Positions 41,705-42,718 of a stretch of 42,718 nt of DNA are shown piece by piece (position 1 is the stretch's first letter; each line of letters starts with the position of its first letter). The DNA comes from Thermoplasmata archaeon. GTDB lineage: Archaea > Thermoplasmatota > UBA186 > UBA287. The stretch is from assembly GCA_011620765.1 (NCBI GenBank), contig WOYO01000059.1, positions 1-42,718 of the forward strand, read 5' to 3'. The translations under genes and the position numbers were made by a program. The notes below the pieces were generated by a model. That model did no database searches. It was given only the letters and a program-made list of their open reading frames with translations, and had not been told where the DNA came from.

Positions 41705-42487
41705 ATGAAGCGAGTAACTGTCTTTGCAGCACTGATCCTGCTTATAGCTGTCGCTTATCCTGCGGTTGCTATGCAGGAAAGCGTTGTTGCCCCCAGGCAA
41801 CAACAGAGCGAAGAAGAGGCCAAAGCTATGGCTATTGTGTCAGCTATTCTGGGAGGGATTCCTGGATGCTGTATTGGAACGATATGCGCTCCAGTAGTCG
41901 GTCCCCTAGCCGGGCTTGTGCTCGGAGCGTTGTTTCTTGGCTTGATCTTATTTGCAGTTGCATTTGTAATTCTGGCTATTATATTTCTGGCATTAGCAGT
42001 TATCCCCGGGGTGGTTCTATGGTTGATAACCTTGGTACCTTCAGCGCTCCTCTTTGGTGCTGCAGGACTTATAGAATGGGCTATAGGATGCGCTTATATA
42101 GGCTTTGCGCTCGGTGCTTTCATACTTGTACTAGGTCTCCTTCTATGCTTCACGATCATAGGAGCGATTATAGGGATCCCTCTGATATTTATAGGAGTAA
42201 TCGCAGCACTTGTGCTTGCGGCATTCGGCGCAGCAGTTGGAGCAATGGCCGGCGCGGCAGTCGGAGCAATAGGCGGAGCTTTGATGCCAGGAGTTCTCAT
42301 CTTTGGATCTGTTCTACTGCTTGCTGCGTTTATAGCTATGATCCCAGGTCTCCTTGGTGCAGGAATAGGTGCTCTCGGTGGATGTGGGCTTGGATGTGTA
42401 TGCTTCCCGATCGCCGGACCTGTTGGTGGGGGAATATTGGGATGGCTCATAATGCAGGTACTTTTGGGAAACTCAGAGAGCCAGTAA
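41705..42487 (+). CDS. hypothetical Gly/Ala/Ile/Leu-rich polytopic membrane protein with an N-terminal signal peptide
   Basis: 260 aa. Signal MKRVTVFAALILLIAVAYPAVA, then a short QQQSEEEAK linker, then almost continuous small-xxx-small (glycine-zipper-like) hydrophobic sequence. The GGN/GCN codon load makes the region GC-rich and opens spurious ORFs in other frames. Confidence 0.6.
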   Translation: MKRVTVFAALILLIAVAYPAVAMQESVVAPRQQQSEEEAKAMAIVSAILGGIPGCCIGTICAPVVGPLAGLVLGALFLGLILFAVAFVILAIIFLALAVIPGVVLWLITLVPSALLFGAAGLIEWAIGCAYIGFALGAFILVLGLLLCFTIIGAIIGIPLIFIGVIAALVLAAFGAAVGAMAGAAVGAIGGALMPGVLIFGSVLLLAAFIAMIPGLLGAGIGALGGCGLGCVCFPIAGPVGGGILGWLIMQVLLGNSESQ

Positions 42488-42718
42488 GCCAGCAGGAGTA
42501 TTAAGGGGCATCATAGATAGAGCCTGAAAGAATTAGTTTGCGTCCAATAAGATCATTCGTGAGGAAGGCGGATGAAAGGAGGAATAAAAGGTCATAAAGA
42601 AAGAGAAAACCGTAAGAGTGAAGACATTTATCTGTTTATACGAAAGGAAATAAACTCCCTGAAAGCGTATACTTGAAGAGATTTAAGCCTAAGAGAGAGG
42701 ATGTTAGAGGAGCGTACT

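Noticed and set aside
41866-42504. 212-aa R/S/C-rich ORF (plus strand, other frame) and 118-aa P/A-rich ORF (42094-42450, minus strand)
   Set aside because: Both are alternative frames of the Gly/Ala-codon-rich membrane gene 41705-42487. Their compositions are typical frame-shift artefacts, and they lack start context.
42572-42676. 34-codon ORF MKGGIKGHKERENRKSEDIYLFIRKEINSLKAYT near the window end
   Set aside because: It is too short and has no recognisable promoter or family signal. It could be the start of a gene in another frame that continues beyond the window.

Overview
Archaeal chromosomal segment, densely packed on both strands and made up mostly of core housekeeping genes. The protein-coding DNA is AT-rich, while the 16S-tRNA(Ala)-23S operon (about 35.7-40.4 kb) is visibly GC-rich, which is the usual signature of a thermophile. 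Gene content points to a euryarchaeon: PCNA-PriL-PriS, aIF1A-Rio-KH/Dim2, class V fructose-1,6-bisphosphate aldolase/phosphatase, aTrm56, archaeal-type SAM synthetase, MBF1, and FtsZ preceded by a ribbon-helix-helix gene. I suspect a Thermoplasmata/DHVE2-like lineage but cannot verify that without a database search. I found no CRISPR array, transposase, integrase or recognisable defence genes, so this is not an obvious accessory island. Items worth a second look: (1) the spacer tRNA-Ala(UGC) is interrupted by a 42-nt insertion in the T-loop, flanked by a bulge-helix-bulge-like fold. (2) A ~110-nt GC-rich structured RNA lies just downstream of the aIF1A-Rio-KH operon; a K-loop-capped hairpin, an internal pocket and an ACA 14 nt below the upper stem make it an H/ACA guide candidate. 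(3) A cdrS-like RHH-ftsZ operon continues into three tightly coupled small genes (48 aa, 42 aa, 118-aa Cys-rich). The first two fall below the ORF-track cutoff. The promoter carries a palindrome and 3 x 12-nt direct repeats. (4) Two orphan, extremely hydrophobic membrane proteins bracket the rRNA operon. (5) Smaller anomalies include a substitution in the 16S 530-loop, a conserved aIF1A N-terminal tail with no canonical start codon, an in-frame TAG in a membrane ORF, and a decayed phospholipase-C-like gene. All functional calls come from motif recognition by eye; no searches were run.
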